This document shows positions 39,026-52,398 of a stretch of 64,000 nt of DNA, one piece after another; positions within the stretch are counted from its first letter, which is position 1, and each line of letters begins with the position of its first letter. The notes below the pieces were generated by a model. That model made no database searches. It was not told the origin of the DNA and saw only the letters and a program-made list of their open reading frames with translations. The translations under genes were made by a program, and so were the position numbers. The stretch lies in contig CAYXSR010000001.1 in the NCBI GenBank assembly GCA_964467735.1, forward strand, positions 23,244-87,243, given 5' to 3'. The stretch comes from an uncultured Pseudomonadales bacterium. GTDB taxonomy: Bacteria; Patescibacteriota; Microgenomatia; UBA1400; CAYXSR01.

Positions 39026-40222
39026 TTATTTAATTATTTTTGTAATAACACCAGCGCCAACAGTTTTACCACCCTCTCTAATAGCAAAACGTAAACCTTC
39101 TTCGGCAGCAACTGGTACAATCAATTTTACATTCATTTTAGCATTATCACCTGGCATAACCATTTCTACACCCTTTGGTAAGGTAACTTCTCCTGTAACA
39201 TCAGTTGTTCTAATGTAGAACTGAGGTTTGTAACCATTAAAAAAGGGAGTATGTCTACCACCTTCTTCTTTAGTTAAAATGTAAACTTCTGCCTCAAATT
39301 CAGTATGAGGAGTTGTTGTTTTAGGGACTGCTAAAACTTGACCTCTTTCGACCTGGTTTTTCTCAATTCCTCTTAAAAGAACACCGATGTTATCTCCAGC
39401 TTGACCCTCATCCATACTTTTGTTAAACATTTCCACACCAGTAACCGTGGTTGTCTGAGTATCTTTAATACCAACTATCTCTAGAGTATCACTAACTTTA
39501 ACTTTTCCTCTCTCTACTCTACCAGTAACCACTGTTCCTCTACCTTTAATTGAAAAAACATCTTCAATTGGCATTAAAAATGGTTTATCCAGATCTCGGG
39601 TAGGATTAGGAACATAGCTATCAATTGTTGATATTAATTCTTCTATCTTTTTTACCCATTCTGTATCTTTCTTTCCCGCATTAACATCTTCTAGTGCTTT
39701 TAGAGCTGATCCGCGAATAATAGGGATCTCGTCTCCTGGGAATTTATATTTTGTCAATAATTCTCTAATTTCCATCTCTACTAAATCTAAAAGCTCTGGA
39801 TCATCAACAGCATCAACCTTATTCAAAAATACAACAATTGCCGGTACATTTACTTGCCTTGCCAAAAGAATATGTTCTCTTGTTTGAGGCATTGGACCAT
39901 CAGTAGCGGCAACAACAAGAATTGCACCATCCATCTGAGCAGCACCAGTAATCATGTTTTTGATATAGTCTTTGTGTCCCGGGCAATCAATGTGGGCATA
40001 ATGTCTTTTATCTGTCTCATACTCCAAGTGAGAAACAGAAATAGTAATCCCTCTCTCTTTTTCCTCTGGAGCCTTATCAATTTCTTCAAATTTTAAAGCT
40101 TTTGCCAAATTCTTCTGGGCTAAAACTTGAGTAATGGCCGCAGAAAGAGTTGTTTTTCCATGGTCAACATGACCAATGGTACCAATATTAACGTGTGGCT
40201 TGGTACGTTGATAGGTAGCCAT
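39026..40222 (-). CDS. tuf: elongation factor Tu
   Basis: [19 protein letters not shown]. Full-length 398 aa. Confidence 0.95.
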   Translation of the reverse strand: MATYQRTKPHVNIGTIGHVDHGKTTLSAAITQVLAQKNLAKALKFEEIDKAPEEKERGITISVSHLEYETDKRHYAHIDCPGHKDYIKNMITGAAQMDGAILVVAATDGPMPQTREHILLARQVNVPAIVVFLNKVDAVDDPELLDLVEMEIRELLTKYKFPGDEIPIIRGSALKALEDVNAGKKDTEWVKKIEELISTIDSYVPNPTRDLDKPFLMPIEDVFSIKGRGTVVTGRVERGKVKVSDTLEIVGIKDTQTTTVTGVEMFNKSMDEGQAGDNIGVLLRGIEKNQVERGQVLAVPKTTTPHTEFEAEVYILTKEEGGRHTPFFNGYKPQFYIRTTDVTGEVTLPKGVEMVMPGDNAKMNVKLIVPVAAEEGLRFAIREGGKTVGAGVITKIIK

Positions 40223-40241
40223 AATTTTCTCCTTTCACTTT

Positions 40242-42401
40242 TTAATTTTTGTCAATTTGTTGACTATTTTTTTTATTAATAATCTGGTCAGTTATGTTTT
40301 GAGGAACTTCCTCATAATGACTGGGTTCTAAATAAAAAGATGCTCTTCCTTGAGTCATTGATCTTAAGTTAGTAGCATACTGAGAAATCTCTGCTAAAGG
40401 AACTAGAGCACTAATAATAACTGTATTTGCTCTTGCCCTGCTACCTAAAATCTGAGCTCTCCTACTAGATAAATCGCCAATTATATCTCCCATAAATTCT
40501 TCTGGAACAGTGACCTCAATTTTCATAATTGGCTCTAAAAGTACTAAATCAGCTTGTTTGACTGCTTCTTGTAAAGCGGTTGAACCGGCAATTTTAAAAG
40601 CTAACTCCGAGGAGTCAACTTCATGATAACTACCATCATAGACGGCAACTTTCATATCGACTATTGGGTAACCAGCCAAAACACCATTTTCCATTGCTTC
40701 TTTTACTCCCTTTTCTACCGCTGGGATAAATTCTCGTGGAATTGTTCCACCTTTTATTTCATCAACAAATTCATATCCTTCTCCACGATTCTGTGGTTCG
40801 ACTCTTAACAAACAGTGTCCATATTGACCATGTCCTCCTGATTGACGAATGTACTTACCTTCAGCAGTTGCCACTTTCCTTATGGTTTCTCTATAGGCAA
40901 CCTGGGGAGCACCCGTATTAGCATCAACTTTAAACTCTCTTTTCATTCTATCAACTAAAATCTCTAGATGCAGTTCTCCCATACCGGAAATAATTGTCTG
41001 TCCTGTCTCATGATCAACTCGAATCTGAAAAGTGGGATCTTCTTCTGCTAATCTATTTAAGGCATAACTTAACTTTTCCTGATCAGCTCTAGTTTTTGGT
41101 TCAATAGCCAAAGAAATAACTGGTTGGGGAAATTTAATTGACTCTAAAAGAATTGGTCTCTCTTCTTCACATAAGGTATCGCCAGTAGTGGTTTCTTTTA
41201 AACCCACTACAGCTACAATTTCGCCAGCAAATGCTTTATTAATCTCTTCTCTTTTATTAGCATGCATTAATAGTAAACGTCCAATTCTCTCTTTTTTACC
41301 TCGAGTAGCATTAAAAACAAAACTACCAGATGTTAAAGTGCCAGAATAAACACGAATATAAGTCAAACGACCTACATGAGGATCTGTTTGAATCTTAAAA
41401 GCCAACGAAGAAAAAGGCGCCTCATTTTCAAGTGGGCGTTTTTCCTCTTGTGCTGTCTTAGGATTATAGCCTGTAACAGGCGGGATGTCAAGCGGAGAGG
41501 GGAGATAATCCACAATTGCATCAAGCAATGGTTGAACACCTTTATTACGCAAAGATGAACCACAAAAAATAGGCACCAATTTATAATCGATAGTTGCTTT
41601 TCTTAGAGTCTTTTTTAGTTCCTGCTGGGAAATTTCCTCCCCATTGAGGAATTTTTCTAATAAGACATCGTTTTGTTCACAAATGTTCTCTATTAACTTT
41701 TCCCTCTGTTTTTCGACTTCTTTCTTCATATTTTCAGGAATCTCTACTTCGCCAAATTTAGCCCCAGTCTCATCACCTTCCCAAACCAAAGCTTTTCTAT
41801 CTAACAAAAGAACAATTCCTTTAAATTCTTTTTCTTTACCAATTGGCAAAGCCATTAAGGCTGTTTTTACTTGAAGTTTATCTTCTATCTCTTCCACGGT
41901 GGCAAAAAAATCTGCTCCAGTTTTATCCATCTTATTAATAAAACAAATACGAGGAACATTATATCTATCTGCCTGACGCCAAACAGTTTCTGATTGTGAT
42001 TGAACTCCTTCTTCCCCATCAAAAATAACCACTCCGCCGTCTAAAACTCTTAAAGCTCTTTCAACCTCAGCAGTAAAATCAACGTGACCCGGAGTGTCGA
42101 TAATATTTATCCTATGAATTTTCTTATTATCTTTAACTTGATCTATTGGAGGCCAAAAAGCAGTGGTAGCCGCAGATTGAATAGTAATTCCTCTTTCTCT
42201 CTCCTGTTCCATCCAATCCATCTGAGTAGTTCCCTCATCAATATCACCAATTTTATAAGTCTTTCCAGTATAAAATAAAATTCTTTCCGTTGTAGTAGTT
42301 TTGCCCGCATCTATATGAGCAATAATACCGATATTCCGGACTCTTGAAACCGGAATAACGTCTTTTACTTTGGTATAAGAATCTTGCTGTTTTCCAGCCA
42401 T
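40242..42401 (-). CDS. fusA: elongation factor G
   Basis: [20 protein letters not shown]. 719 aa with all five domains. Confidence 0.95.
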   Translation of the reverse strand: MAGKQQDSYTKVKDVIPVSRVRNIGIIAHIDAGKTTTTERILFYTGKTYKIGDIDEGTTQMDWMEQERERGITIQSAATTAFWPPIDQVKDNKKIHRINIIDTPGHVDFTAEVERALRVLDGGVVIFDGEEGVQSQSETVWRQADRYNVPRICFINKMDKTGADFFATVEEIEDKLQVKTALMALPIGKEKEFKGIVLLLDRKALVWEGDETGAKFGEVEIPENMKKEVEKQREKLIENICEQNDVLLEKFLNGEEISQQELKKTLRKATIDYKLVPIFCGSSLRNKGVQPLLDAIVDYLPSPLDIPPVTGYNPKTAQEEKRPLENEAPFSSLAFKIQTDPHVGRLTYIRVYSGTLTSGSFVFNATRGKKERIGRLLLMHANKREEINKAFAGEIVAVVGLKETTTGDTLCEEERPILLESIKFPQPVISLAIEPKTRADQEKLSYALNRLAEEDPTFQIRVDHETGQTIISGMGELHLEILVDRMKREFKVDANTGAPQVAYRETIRKVATAEGKYIRQSGGHGQYGHCLLRVEPQNRGEGYEFVDEIKGGTIPREFIPAVEKGVKEAMENGVLAGYPIVDMKVAVYDGSYHEVDSSELAFKIAGSTALQEAVKQADLVLLEPIMKIEVTVPEEFMGDIIGDLSSRRAQILGSRARANTVIISALVPLAEISQYATNLRSMTQGRASFYLEPSHYEEVPQNITDQIINKKNSQQIDKN

Positions 42402-42426
42402 ATTATTATTTTAACATCCTTTCAAT

Positions 42427-42454
42427 CCAAAATGCTTCCCATTTGAGGGAAGCA
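42427..42454 (-). terminator. hairpin (8-bp stem tgcttccc/gggaagca) followed by a U-run on the minus-strand transcript, between rpsG and fusA
   Basis: Seen directly in the sequence. Could be an intrinsic terminator or attenuator, or a processing site inside the str operon. Confidence 0.3.
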
Positions 42455-42549
42455 TTAATAAAATAAGCTTCAGATTATTGTAGCAAAAAATCCTCAAAGA
42501 GGCAAGAATCTCTTAAATTACCCTAATTTAGGAATAAATCTAGAAGAAA

Positions 42550-43029
42550 TTACCATCGGAAGTGAGCAAAAGCCTTATTAGCATCAGCCATCTTTTCAAT
42601 TTGAGCCTTTTTCCCTATTGCACCGCCAGTATTATGATAAGCATCAATAATTTCTGCCGCTAGTTTTTCAGCAAAAGTATGAAATTGGCTATTTGGTTTC
42701 CGACGAGTTTCTAAAACTAACCATCTAATGGCTAAACTTTCTTTTCTATTTCCCTTTACTGGCATTGGAACCTGGTAGGCAGCACCGCCAACTCTTCGAG
42801 AACGAACTTCCATAATTGGTTTCATATTCTCCATTGCTTGCCTAAAAACTTCTAAGGGTTCCTTTTTTTCTTTTTCTTTAATAATCGAAAAAGCCTGATA
42901 AACATTTTTTCGGGCAATATCTTTTTTGCCGCTCTCCATAACTCTGTTTATTAGACGAGTAACCAAACGGCTTCCATATATTAGGTCTGGTTCTATTTCT
43001 CTTTTTCTGATATTAGATGATCTAGGCAT
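42550..43029 (-). CDS. rpsG: 30S ribosomal protein S7
   Basis: 159 aa, canonical S7. Confidence 0.9.
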   Translation of the reverse strand: MPRSSNIRKREIEPDLIYGSRLVTRLINRVMESGKKDIARKNVYQAFSIIKEKEKKEPLEVFRQAMENMKPIMEVRSRRVGGAAYQVPMPVKGNRKESLAIRWLVLETRRKPNSQFHTFAEKLAAEIIDAYHNTGGAIGKKAQIEKMADANKAFAHFRW

Positions 43030-43465
43030 TTTCTTCTCCTTGCTTTTTCTTTACCGACGTTTTCTTTCTTGCCCCATATTTTGATCGTCCTTTTTTACGA
43101 CTATCGACTCCTGAGGCATCATATTTACCTCTAATAATATGATATTTCACACCAGGAAGGTCTTTAACTCTTCCTGCTCTAACTAAAACAATTGAATGTT
43201 CAGCCAAATTATGTCCCTCTCCTGGAATGTAAGCAGTGAGTTCTTGTTTGTTAGAAAGACGAACTCTAGCAACTTTTCTTAAAGCAGAGTTTGGTTTTTT
43301 AGGCGTTAATGTCTTAACTAAAACACAAACACCCCGTTTTTGGGGATTAACAGTATCAACCACTTTTCTCTTTTTGGCGTTAAAGGATTTTCTTAAAGCA
43401 GTTGCCTTTATTCGTTTAGTCTTTTTCTTTCGTTTTTTTCTGATAAGTTGATTAATTGTTGGCAT
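43022..43465 (-). CDS. rpsL: 30S ribosomal protein S12 (with basic N-terminal insertion and C-terminal extension)
   Basis: PQKRGVC...[12 protein letters not shown]...[10 protein letters not shown]...RGKYD. 147 aa versus about 124 typical. Confidence 0.9.
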   Translation of the reverse strand: MPTINQLIRKKRKKKTKRIKATALRKSFNAKKRKVVDTVNPQKRGVCVLVKTLTPKKPNSALRKVARVRLSNKQELTAYIPGEGHNLAEHSIVLVRAGRVKDLPGVKYHIIRGKYDASGVDSRKKGRSKYGARKKTSVKKKQGEENA

Positions 43466-43467
43466 TT

Positions 43468-46400
43468 TTATACTTCTATTTTTGCTCGTTTCTCATCAAC
43501 TGGAATCAAGCGACCAATAATAACATTTTCTTTCAAACCTATCAACTTATCTGTCTTTCCAATTACTGCGGCATTAGTTAGAACACTTGATGTTTCTTGA
43601 AATGAAGCAGCTGATAACCATGACTCTGTATATAAAGCTGCTCTAGTAATACCAAGAATGGTAACCTTAGCGGTTGCTGGTTCGCCTCCTTGAGCTAAAG
43701 CCGAAGCATTTTCTTCCTCAAAACGTCTTTTTTCTACTAATTCTCCGGGTAAAAGATTGGTATCACCGGCAGTCTCAACTTTTACTTTATCGCTCATTTT
43801 AGCAACAATAACTTCAAAGTGTTTATCATTAATTGGAATGCCTTGCGACTCATAAACTTTTTGAATTTCATCAATTAGATATCGTTGAGTTTCTGATAAA
43901 CCTCTAATTTTTAAAACTTCTTTAAGATCTAAACCTCCTGAAGCAAGTTGATACCCGGCAGGAACTAAATCTCCAGTTTTTATTCTTAAAGTACTAGTTA
44001 AAGGAACTAAATATTCCTTTTCGGTAACCGGTTTAACATTTTTGTTAACAACAGTAATCTTGTAGCCTTGTTCTGTTTCTTCAACTTTTACTTTACCAGC
44101 AACTTCGGTGATCGGCGAAAGAACCTTCGGTGTTCTTGATTCAAATAATTCTTCTACCCTAGGCAAACCCTGAGTTACGTCAAGACCAACAATTCCACCA
44201 GTATGCTTAACTCTCATTGTCAATTGAGTTCCTGGTTCACCAATACTTTGAGCGGCAATAACACCAACTGGAACTCCTATTTCAACCATTTTTTTAGTTG
44301 AAAAGTCCCAACCATAACATTTTTGACAAATACCATATCTAGCTTCACAAGTTAAAGGAGAACGAACAATAATCTTTTCTATTTTTGATTTTTGAATTTG
44401 TCCCAAAATTTTTTCATCAATAACTTCACCTTTTTTTAGAATTGTTTTTCTAGTTTTAGGGTCGATAATATTTTTTGCTACCACTTTGCCTAAAATTCGA
44501 GCAAAGAAGGATTTCTCTCTCAAACCACTACGTTCAATTTCAATACCATTTTTAGTCTCACAATCATCAGCTCTAACAATCATATCGTGAGCGACGTCAA
44601 CTAATCTTCTAGTTAAATAGCCAGCATCCGCTGTTTTAATAGCTGAGTCTGTTAAACCTTTTCTAGATCCTCTAGTTGAAGTTACATATTCAAAAACTGA
44701 AAGTCCTTCTCTAAAGTTAGATTTTGTTGGCAATTCAACTATTTTCCCTAATGGATCAACAACTAAACCTCTAATAGCAGCCAATTGCTTCATTTGGTCT
44801 TTTGAAGCTCTTGTTCCTCCAGAATTAATAATCAACTTAACACTATTTTGAGATTCTAATTTTTCCCATGTCTTCTCAGAAATCTCTTCAGTTGTTTCCA
44901 TCCAGAGTTCATTAGATAGTCTTCTTTTTTCTTCCTCGGTGATTAAACCTAAATTAAAATTATTTTCAATTTCAGCTGCTTTTTTATTGGCTTCTTTGAT
45001 AATTTTGTCTTTATCTGGAATAACATAACAGTCAGCAACAGAGACTGATAAACCGGATAAAGTTGCATAATAAAAACCTAATTCCTTTAAATCATCAATT
45101 AATTTACCCAGTTTTTTATTATCTAATAGATTTAAGTTATCTTTAATAATCCTTTTTAAACTACCAGCGTTAATACTCTCATTCAAGAAAGGAAAGCTCT
45201 GGGGTAAAACATCATTAAATAAAACTCTTCCAACTGTTGTCTCTAAAATTTTTTTATCGATTTTTACTTTTATTAACTGCCGTAATTCAATCTTTTTCAT
45301 TTGATAAGCTAGAATTGCTTCTGATTCATTATAAAAAATAGTCGTATCCTTTTTAGGTAAACGAGTATCAATCGAAGTAAGATAGTAGCAACCTAAAGCA
45401 ATTTCTTTATTGGGAACGGTAATTGGTGAACCATCAGCAGGTTTCAATAAATTATTTTGAGGCATCATCAAATCAATTGTTTCTTCTATTGCCTGTTTAG
45501 ATAAAGGAATATGAACTGCCATTTGATCACCGTCAAAATCAGCGTTGTATCCAGCACAAACACAAGGATGGATTTGGATGGCATTTCCTTCCACTAAAAC
45601 AGGGAAAAATGCCTGAATACCCAACTTATGAAGAGTTGGAGCTCGGTTTAATAAAACAGGGTGGTCTTTAATAACATTTTCTAAAATATCGAAAACTTCT
45701 GGTGGCCGGCGCTCTAAAATATGTTTTGCGCTTCTAACATTTGGAGCCAAACCAGAAGCAATTAATTCATGTAAAACATATGGCTTGAACATTTCTAGAG
45801 CCATATCTTTTGGTAAGCCACATTGATTAAGCTTAAGCTCTGGGCCAACAATAATAACACTTCTACCAGAATAATCAACTCTCTTGCCTAAAAGATTTTG
45901 ACGGAAACGACCTTGTTTTCCTCTTAGCATTTCCGATAAAGAACGTAATTCTTTATTGCCTCTCCTTTGTGGTTGTCTTCCTTGAGAAACATCAATTAAA
46001 GTATCAACTGCTTCTTGGAGCATTCTTTTTTCATTCCTAAGGATAATTTCTGGAGCTCCTAAATTAATAAGATGTTTCAAGCGATTATTTCTATTGATTA
46101 CTCTTCGATATAAATCATTTAAATCAGAAGAAGCAAACCTGCCACCGGCTAATTGGACCATTGGTCGTAAGTCTGGCGGAATAACTGGTAGAACTTTCAG
46201 AACCATCCAGGAAGGATCTAGAGAAGCTTTCTTCATCCCTTCCACTACTCTTAAGCGTTTAATAGCTTTAATTTTCTTTTGACCAGAACTAGTATGAATT
46301 GTTTTCCTAAGTTGGGAAGTTAATTTGTCAAGATCTAAATCTTTTATTAAATTTAAAATACTTTCAGCACCCATCCCAACTTTTATAAAACCATCAGCAT

Positions 46401-47166
46401 TATACTCGACTAGTTTAATATATTCATCTTCTGAAAGAACTGTTTTCTTTTTAATTTTTCTGACCATCTCTTCTAAAGTCTTCAAAATCTCATCGGTTGT
46501 CTCATGTTCAGAAATTAAATTATCTTTAATACTAGCAATGTCTCTCCTAGTTTTTATCTTTGTTTCTTCAACTGCTAATTCTTGTTGTTCCTTAGATTTA
46601 ATTTTCTTTTTAATCTCTTTTATTTCTTTCTCGCTGGCTTTTTGAATTTCTGTAATCTCCTTTTCTGCTTTTTCTTTCAAGTCTTTTTTTGATTTCTCGA
46701 AATCTTTCTTAAGTTTGCTTAAAATCTGTTGTCTTTTTGTTTTATCTAATTCTAAAACTAAATAGCGAGCAAAATAGATAACTCCAGATAAATCACGAGG
46801 ACTAATATCAAGTAATAAAGAAAGTTTTGATGGAGCACCTTTAAAGAACCAAACATGAGCCACAGGACAAGCCAGACCAATATGACCCATTCTCTCCCTT
46901 CGAACTCGACTATGAGTAACTTCCACACCGCATTTATCACAAATAATTCCTTTATATCTAATCCTTTTATATTTCCCGCAATAACATTCCCAATCTTTAG
47001 TTGGTCCAAAAATCCTTTCACAAAACAAACCATCTTTTTCTGGCTTAAGAGTCCTATAGTTTATTGTCTCCGGTTTAGTAACTTCTCCATGAGACCAAGT
47101 TTTAATTTCATCAGAAGATGCAAGTTTAATAGTTAGAGTTTTAAAGTCTAAAATATTACTTTTCAT
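43468..47166 (-). CDS. rpoC: DNA-directed RNA polymerase subunit beta-prime
   Basis: NADFDGDQM catalytic motif, zinc-binding Cys. 1232 aa. Confidence 0.95.
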   Translation of the reverse strand: MKSNILDFKTLTIKLASSDEIKTWSHGEVTKPETINYRTLKPEKDGLFCERIFGPTKDWECYCGKYKRIRYKGIICDKCGVEVTHSRVRRERMGHIGLACPVAHVWFFKGAPSKLSLLLDISPRDLSGVIYFARYLVLELDKTKRQQILSKLKKDFEKSKKDLKEKAEKEITEIQKASEKEIKEIKKKIKSKEQQELAVEETKIKTRRDIASIKDNLISEHETTDEILKTLEEMVRKIKKKTVLSEDEYIKLVEYNADGFIKVGMGAESILNLIKDLDLDKLTSQLRKTIHTSSGQKKIKAIKRLRVVEGMKKASLDPSWMVLKVLPVIPPDLRPMVQLAGGRFASSDLNDLYRRVINRNNRLKHLINLGAPEIILRNEKRMLQEAVDTLIDVSQGRQPQRRGNKELRSLSEMLRGKQGRFRQNLLGKRVDYSGRSVIIVGPELKLNQCGLPKDMALEMFKPYVLHELIASGLAPNVRSAKHILERRPPEVFDILENVIKDHPVLLNRAPTLHKLGIQAFFPVLVEGNAIQIHPCVCAGYNADFDGDQMAVHIPLSKQAIEETIDLMMPQNNLLKPADGSPITVPNKEIALGCYYLTSIDTRLPKKDTTIFYNESEAILAYQMKKIELRQLIKVKIDKKILETTVGRVLFNDVLPQSFPFLNESINAGSLKRIIKDNLNLLDNKKLGKLIDDLKELGFYYATLSGLSVSVADCYVIPDKDKIIKEANKKAAEIENNFNLGLITEEEKRRLSNELWMETTEEISEKTWEKLESQNSVKLIINSGGTRASKDQMKQLAAIRGLVVDPLGKIVELPTKSNFREGLSVFEYVTSTRGSRKGLTDSAIKTADAGYLTRRLVDVAHDMIVRADDCETKNGIEIERSGLREKSFFARILGKVVAKNIIDPKTRKTILKKGEVIDEKILGQIQKSKIEKIIVRSPLTCEARYGICQKCYGWDFSTKKMVEIGVPVGVIAAQSIGEPGTQLTMRVKHTGGIVGLDVTQGLPRVEELFESRTPKVLSPITEVAGKVKVEETEQGYKITVVNKNVKPVTEKEYLVPLTSTLRIKTGDLVPAGYQLASGGLDLKEVLKIRGLSETQRYLIDEIQKVYESQGIPINDKHFEVIVAKMSDKVKVETAGDTNLLPGELVEKRRFEEENASALAQGGEPATAKVTILGITRAALYTESWLSAASFQETSSVLTNAAVIGKTDKLIGLKENVIIGRLIPVDEKRAKIEV

Positions 47167-50100
47167 TTTTTTCTTTCTCCTTTATTTCTTCTTTATTTTT
47201 TTCTTCTGTTTCCTCTTTTTCCTCTTCCGACTTTTCTTTAAACTGTCTTTCTATCACTCCACCAGGAATAATATTAAGAGATAAACTATTCAATTCTTTA
47301 ACTAAAACCTTAAAAGATTCAGGAATGGTTGCCTCAGGGATTTCTGTCCCTTTAACAATTGCCTCAAATGCTTTGGCTCTTCCAATAACGTCATCTGATT
47401 TAATAGTTAACATTTCTTGTAAAACATGAGCTACTCGGTGAGCTTCTAATGCCCAAACCTCCATCTCTCCTAATCGTTGGCCACCCATTTGAGCTTTACC
47501 ACCCAAAGGTTGCTGAGTAACCAAAGAATAAGGACCAGTTGAGCGGGCATGAGTCTTGTCCTCAACCATATGGACTAGTTTCAAAATATAACCAATCCCC
47601 ACTACTGTCTTCTCAGTAAAAGGTTCTCCTGTTCTCCCATCATATAGTGGAATTTTACCATCTTCTGGTAAACCAGCTTTTTTCATTTCTTCGACTAGTT
47701 TTTCTTCTTTCAATTCTTCAAAAACTGGTAAAGCTACTTTGTAGCCCTGTTTATAAGCAGCAAAGCCCAGCTGGGCTTCCAGTAGTTGACCTAAGTTCAT
47801 TCTGGCTAAAACAGATAAAGGAGAAATAATAATATCAACTGGAGTACCATCTTCTAAGTAAGGCATATCTGCCTGAGGAACAATTTTAGAGATAACTCCC
47901 TTATTACCATGTCTTCCAGCTAATTTATCACCAACAACAATCTTTCTTATCTGGGCTACTTTAACTTTTACTAATTTATTAACTCCTGGTTCTAATTCAT
48001 CACCTTTTTCTCTATCTAAAATTTGAACATCAACCACTGTTCCTCTTTCTCCATGAGGAACTCTCAAACTAGTATCTCTTACTTCTCTAGCTTTTTCACC
48101 AAAAATTGCTCTTAATAATCTTTCTTCTGCAGTTAATTCGGTTTCCCCTTTTGGAGCAATCTTACCAATTAAAATATCATTAGGTTCCACTTCACTACCA
48201 ACTACTACAATACCGTCTTCTGCTAAATTCTTTAATTCTGTTTCTCCAACATTTGGAATATCTCTAGTCAATTCCTCTGGACCTAGCTTTGTGTCCATTA
48301 CTGCCGCTTCATATTCATTAATATGAATTGAGGTTAATAAATCCTCTTTAACTAAACGATCAGAAACAATAATGGCATCTTCGTATCCTAATCCCTCAAA
48401 AGAGCAATAAGCAATGATTAAATTTTTACCTAGAGCTAATTCGCCATTCTTACAAGCAGGTCCATCGATAATAATATCAGCTTTTTTTACTCTTTGACCC
48501 ACCTCAACGATTGGATATTGAGAATAACAAGTTGATTGAGCACTTCTTTGAAATTTAGTTAAAAAATAAGTAATTTTATTACCAGAAACAGTAATCGATT
48601 CAGGTAGATTATCTTTTTCTTCTTTAACGTTTTTCTCTTCACTTTTATTTACTTGAATAATTATTTTGTTTGCGTCTACCAAGATTACTTTTCCACTAAA
48701 TTTTGCTCTAATCGTTCTTTCCATTGCTGTCGCTACTGTTTCTTCCATACCGGTACCAACAATTGGTGAACTCGGCTTTACTAGAGGTACTGCTTGACAT
48801 TGCATATGAGTACCCATTAAAGCTCTGTTTGCCTCATCGTGAGATAAAAAGGGAATTAAAGAAGCTGATGTTCCAACTACTTGGCGTGAAACAACATCAA
48901 TGAACTGAACATTAGTTACGGAAGCTTCTTTAAATTCACCACCAATTCTTACCGGCAGCCAGTCATCAGAAATAAATCCTTTCTCATCAATATTAACTTC
49001 TGCATGAGTGATATAGTAATCTTCCTCTTCATCGGCAGATAAATATACGATATCGTCTGTTACTTTCGTTTTTGTTTTGCTACCGACCTTCACTTTTTCT
49101 ACTTTTCTATAAGGCGCTTCCAAAAAACCATACTCATTAATTCTGCTATACAAAGATAGATAAGTGACTAAACCGATATTGGGACCTTCAGGAGATCGAA
49201 CTGGACAAATCCTACTATATTGAGAAGAGTTTATATCCCTCATTGAGAATGAGGCTCTTTCTCTAGTAACACCACCTCTGCCCATAACAGAAATTCTTCT
49301 TAAATTATCTAATTCTGCTAATGGATTTGTTTGATCTAAAATTGTAGAAAGTCTATTTCTGCGGAAAAACTCATTAATCACTGCCACCATCGGTCGAGGA
49401 TTGATTAAAACCGAAGGGGTCACTAAAGTATCAGTCTTTGCTAAACTCATCTTCTCTTTGATTGAACGTTCTAATCTTAATAAACCAACTCTAAAAGCTG
49501 TTCCTAAAACTAATTCTCCTACTCTTCTTATCCGGCGATTAGATAAATGATCGATATCATCTGTTTTCCCCTCTCCATTTTGAAGTTTTATAAGATAAGC
49601 CGTAGCAGCAACTAAATCATCTAAAGTTAAAACATATTCTCCTGGCTCATTTTGAACGTTAATTTCTAAACGTCGATTAAGTTTAAAACGGCCAACCTTA
49701 TCTAGATCATAACGTCGTGGATTAAAAAACATATCGTGGAAAAAACTACGAGCATTATCTAATATGGCTGGTTCCCCAGGTCTTAACTTCTCATAAATTT
49801 CAATTAAGGCTTCTTCTATAGTTTTGGTAGGATCTTTCTCTATAGTGTTTTGGATAAATTGATGGTCTTTGTTTTTTTCTACATCTTTAAATCTTTCAAT
49901 AATGTCCTCATCGTTTCCCAAACCAGCGGCTCTTAAAAGAGTAGTAACTGCAAATTTACGATGCCTATCAACTTTAACTGTTATTACACCATTTTTGGAG
50001 ATTGCAAACTCTAGCCATGAACCTCTTAAAGGTCTTAATTCAGCAAAATATAATGTTCTTCCTGAAGTCTGATCAACACGTCCTGAATAAAAAATTCCTG

Positions 50101-50518
50101 GACTACGAACTAGTTGATTAACTACTGCTCTTTCTACTCCATTAATAACAAAAGTCCCGCTTAAAGTCATTTGCGGGATATCACCAAGAAAAACTTCTTC
50201 TTCTATTTTCTCTTCGGTTTGCTTATTAATAAGTTTTACAACAGCTTTCAATGGTTTGTCATAAGTTAATCCTTTTCTTAAAGCCTCTGAAGGAGAATAT
50301 TTACCATCCTCAAAGTGATGTTGTAAGAATTCTAATTCCCAGTTTTTACCAGTAAAATCTTCTATAGGAGAAATTTCTTCAAGAGCTTGAGCAATTCCCT
50401 GATTTAGAAATTCATTATAGGACTCTTTTTGAATTTCTAATAAATCTAATTGAGGTAGTTTATTATATTTTTTGCCCCAAAAAAGTCGCTTTTTTGTCTT
50501 TGTTACTGAAGTTTTCAT
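47156..50518 (-). CDS. rpoB: DNA-directed RNA polymerase subunit beta (with Glu/Lys-rich C-terminal tail)
   Basis: 1120 aa with rifampicin-cluster and catalytic regions recognisable. Low-complexity [22 protein letters not shown] tail. Confidence 0.95.
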   Translation of the reverse strand: MKTSVTKTKKRLFWGKKYNKLPQLDLLEIQKESYNEFLNQGIAQALEEISPIEDFTGKNWELEFLQHHFEDGKYSPSEALRKGLTYDKPLKAVVKLINKQTEEKIEEEVFLGDIPQMTLSGTFVINGVERAVVNQLVRSPGIFYSGRVDQTSGRTLYFAELRPLRGSWLEFAISKNGVITVKVDRHRKFAVTTLLRAAGLGNDEDIIERFKDVEKNKDHQFIQNTIEKDPTKTIEEALIEIYEKLRPGEPAILDNARSFFHDMFFNPRRYDLDKVGRFKLNRRLEINVQNEPGEYVLTLDDLVAATAYLIKLQNGEGKTDDIDHLSNRRIRRVGELVLGTAFRVGLLRLERSIKEKMSLAKTDTLVTPSVLINPRPMVAVINEFFRRNRLSTILDQTNPLAELDNLRRISVMGRGGVTRERASFSMRDINSSQYSRICPVRSPEGPNIGLVTYLSLYSRINEYGFLEAPYRKVEKVKVGSKTKTKVTDDIVYLSADEEEDYYITHAEVNIDEKGFISDDWLPVRIGGEFKEASVTNVQFIDVVSRQVVGTSASLIPFLSHDEANRALMGTHMQCQAVPLVKPSSPIVGTGMEETVATAMERTIRAKFSGKVILVDANKIIIQVNKSEEKNVKEEKDNLPESITVSGNKITYFLTKFQRSAQSTCYSQYPIVEVGQRVKKADIIIDGPACKNGELALGKNLIIAYCSFEGLGYEDAIIVSDRLVKEDLLTSIHINEYEAAVMDTKLGPEELTRDIPNVGETELKNLAEDGIVVVGSEVEPNDILIGKIAPKGETELTAEERLLRAIFGEKAREVRDTSLRVPHGERGTVVDVQILDREKGDELEPGVNKLVKVKVAQIRKIVVGDKLAGRHGNKGVISKIVPQADMPYLEDGTPVDIIISPLSVLARMNLGQLLEAQLGFAAYKQGYKVALPVFEELKEEKLVEEMKKAGLPEDGKIPLYDGRTGEPFTEKTVVGIGYILKLVHMVEDKTHARSTGPYSLVTQQPLGGKAQMGGQRLGEMEVWALEAHRVAHVLQEMLTIKSDDVIGRAKAFEAIVKGTEIPEATIPESFKVLVKELNSLSLNIIPGGVIERQFKEKSEEEKEETEEKNKEEIKEKEKNEK

Positions 50519-50725
50519 ATTTTTTCCATTAAAAAATCAGGTCTCTTGAACCTGAGTTTAAAATTTGGAATTTTTTTATTTTTCTTTCTTAATAATCAAA
50601 ATAAATCCTTTTAAAGATAAGCTCTAGTTTGAATTTTAATAAAAGATAAAAAAGACATACAAAATATGCCCTCTAAAGGTTATTTTCTCCTTATAACATA
50701 ATATTTTCAGGTTGTCAACAATAAG

Positions 50726-51742
50726 TTAATCGGATAAGTATTTTTGAATATTCTCGTTTTGTTCATCTAACGTTTTTGAGAAGTGTATTTTACCATATTC
50801 GTCTGATAAGTAAAACCAATAATCTGTTTTCTGTGGCTGAAGGGCTGCTTTTAAAGATGAAAGTCCAGGATTGCAGATAGGTGTAGGAGGTAAACCTTGA
50901 TTTTTATAAGTATTATAAAGTGATTCCACTTCTAAATCACTCCCTTTTAACTGAGGCCAAAAGTTACATTGATCTTTTAAATTCCGGCAATTCTTTCCTC
51001 CTACTATGTATTGAATCGCCGCATCCACTTGAAGAGGCCAATTGTTTTCCAACCGCTTTACTAAAATACCACTAACTAAATAACGATCAGATTCATACTT
51101 TGCTTCTCTTTCTATTAGTGAAGCTAGAGTAACTATTTGTTGATAAGAAAGCTTAGATGAAAAAGATAAAGAAGACATCTTATCTTCAAAGTTTTTTTTA
51201 AAAATTTCAATTATAGTTTCCGTTGAACCATCTTTGGGAATTAGGTAAGTATCCGGAAATAGGAATCCTTCTAAAGAAGCAGTTTTCTCAATAAATTCTG
51301 TTTTGTCAAACTGTCCGCCTGTTTTACTAATTTCCTTTTCTAAAATTAAAGCTATCTCCTCTCTTCTTATACCTTCTGGAATGGTTATTGGGACATCAAA
51401 ACTTCCACGAGTAAGTTGTTGGGCAATTTCAAAAGTATTCATTGAAGGAGAAAGATAGAAATCGCCAGCTTGGATTTGGCGACTTAGCCCCTCTTTAAAA
51501 ACTAAAATTTTAAAAACTAAATCACTCCTAATTAAATTATTTTCTTTTAATCCTTCAGCTACTTTATTGGCTCCCCACCCTTGAGGAATAATAAAAAGGG
51601 TCTTTTCACTATTTTTTTTATCTATCGGGCTTGTTTCTATTTGCCACCAAAATAAAAAAATCAAAAAACAAAAACTGAAGAATAATAGAAAAGAAAAAAC
51701 GAAAGCACTAAATAGTTTAGGAAATTTTTTCTTTTTGCCCAT
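50726..51742 (-). CDS. mltG: endolytic murein transglycosylase MltG (YceG family)
   Basis: N-terminal TM anchor, YceG-like domain. Conserved pairing with ruvX. Confidence 0.75.
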   Translation of the reverse strand: MGKKKKFPKLFSAFVFSFLLFFSFCFLIFLFWWQIETSPIDKKNSEKTLFIIPQGWGANKVAEGLKENNLIRSDLVFKILVFKEGLSRQIQAGDFYLSPSMNTFEIAQQLTRGSFDVPITIPEGIRREEIALILEKEISKTGGQFDKTEFIEKTASLEGFLFPDTYLIPKDGSTETIIEIFKKNFEDKMSSLSFSSKLSYQQIVTLASLIEREAKYESDRYLVSGILVKRLENNWPLQVDAAIQYIVGGKNCRNLKDQCNFWPQLKGSDLEVESLYNTYKNQGLPPTPICNPGLSSLKAALQPQKTDYWFYLSDEYGKIHFSKTLDEQNENIQKYLSD

Positions 51743-51759
51743 GGCAATTAAGAAGCCTG

Positions 51760-51966
51760 TTAAACCTCTTCGAAAAGTGCTCTTCTATATTTGCCGGTCT
51801 TTTGGTCATGGATAAAAATCCTGCCGCATTTACAAGTAATTTTCTCAATATTTCCTTTTTTCTTAACCTTTCCCTTTCTAAGGGGCATTCCACAACCAAC
51901 ACATTGACCTCGAGACAGTAACCAAGCTTGGATAGGAGCAATAATATTTTTTAACATTATTAACAA
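51760..51966 (-). CDS. small zinc-ribbon protein (hypothetical)
   Basis: 68 aa with CVGCG...CKCG. Sits between ruvX and mltG. Confidence 0.4.
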   Translation of the reverse strand: MLIMLKNIIAPIQAWLLSRGQCVGCGMPLRKGKVKKKGNIEKITCKCGRIFIHDQKTGKYRRALFEEV

Positions 51967-52002
51967 AAACCTCCTGTATTAGGGTATCATTTAATAAATC
52001 AG

Positions 52003-52398
52003 TCAGTCAAGTTTTCTAATGCCTTCAAGATAATTTTCTAAAATTAAACACGCAGAAATTTGGTGTTCTAAGTTTTTTTTACTTTTCTTTTTTTTTCCTA
52101 ATTCAATCATTGTTTTTATTGAGTCTTTTGAACTAAGATCCTCGCTAACTAGTATGGGAGTAAAATTTGTTGCCTTAGAAAGTTTTTGAGAAAAATTCTT
52201 AACTAAAGACGCAATCTTACCTTCTGGTAAACCGATTACTATTTTATCTATTTTTTCTTTTGAAATAATCTTCAAAACTTCTTTTAAAAGCATCTCATCA
52301 TTTTTCTTTTTAAAGCTTGCATATGGAGATATTAACCCATTATAGGCAATTGCAAAACCAATATTTACTAAACCATAATCAATTCCTAAAATATTCAT
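52003..52398 (-). CDS. ruvX: putative pre-16S rRNA nuclease / Holliday-junction-resolvase-like YqgF (RuvX)
   Basis: MNILGIDYGLVNIGFAIA...KIVIGLPEG. Start taken at the internal Met. Confidence 0.8.
   Translation of the reverse strand: MNILGIDYGLVNIGFAIAYNGLISPYASFKKKNDEMLLKEVLKIISKEKIDKIVIGLPEGKIASLVKNFSQKLSKATNFTPILVSEDLSSKDSIKTMIELGKKKKSKKNLEHQISACLILENYLEGIRKLD

Noticed and set aside
51717-51941. 74-aa minus-strand ORF overlapping the mltG start and the zinc-ribbon ORF
   Set aside because: Alternative frame of the same locus. The 51760-51966 frame carries a CxxC...CxC zinc-ribbon pattern and does not overlap mltG, so it is preferred.
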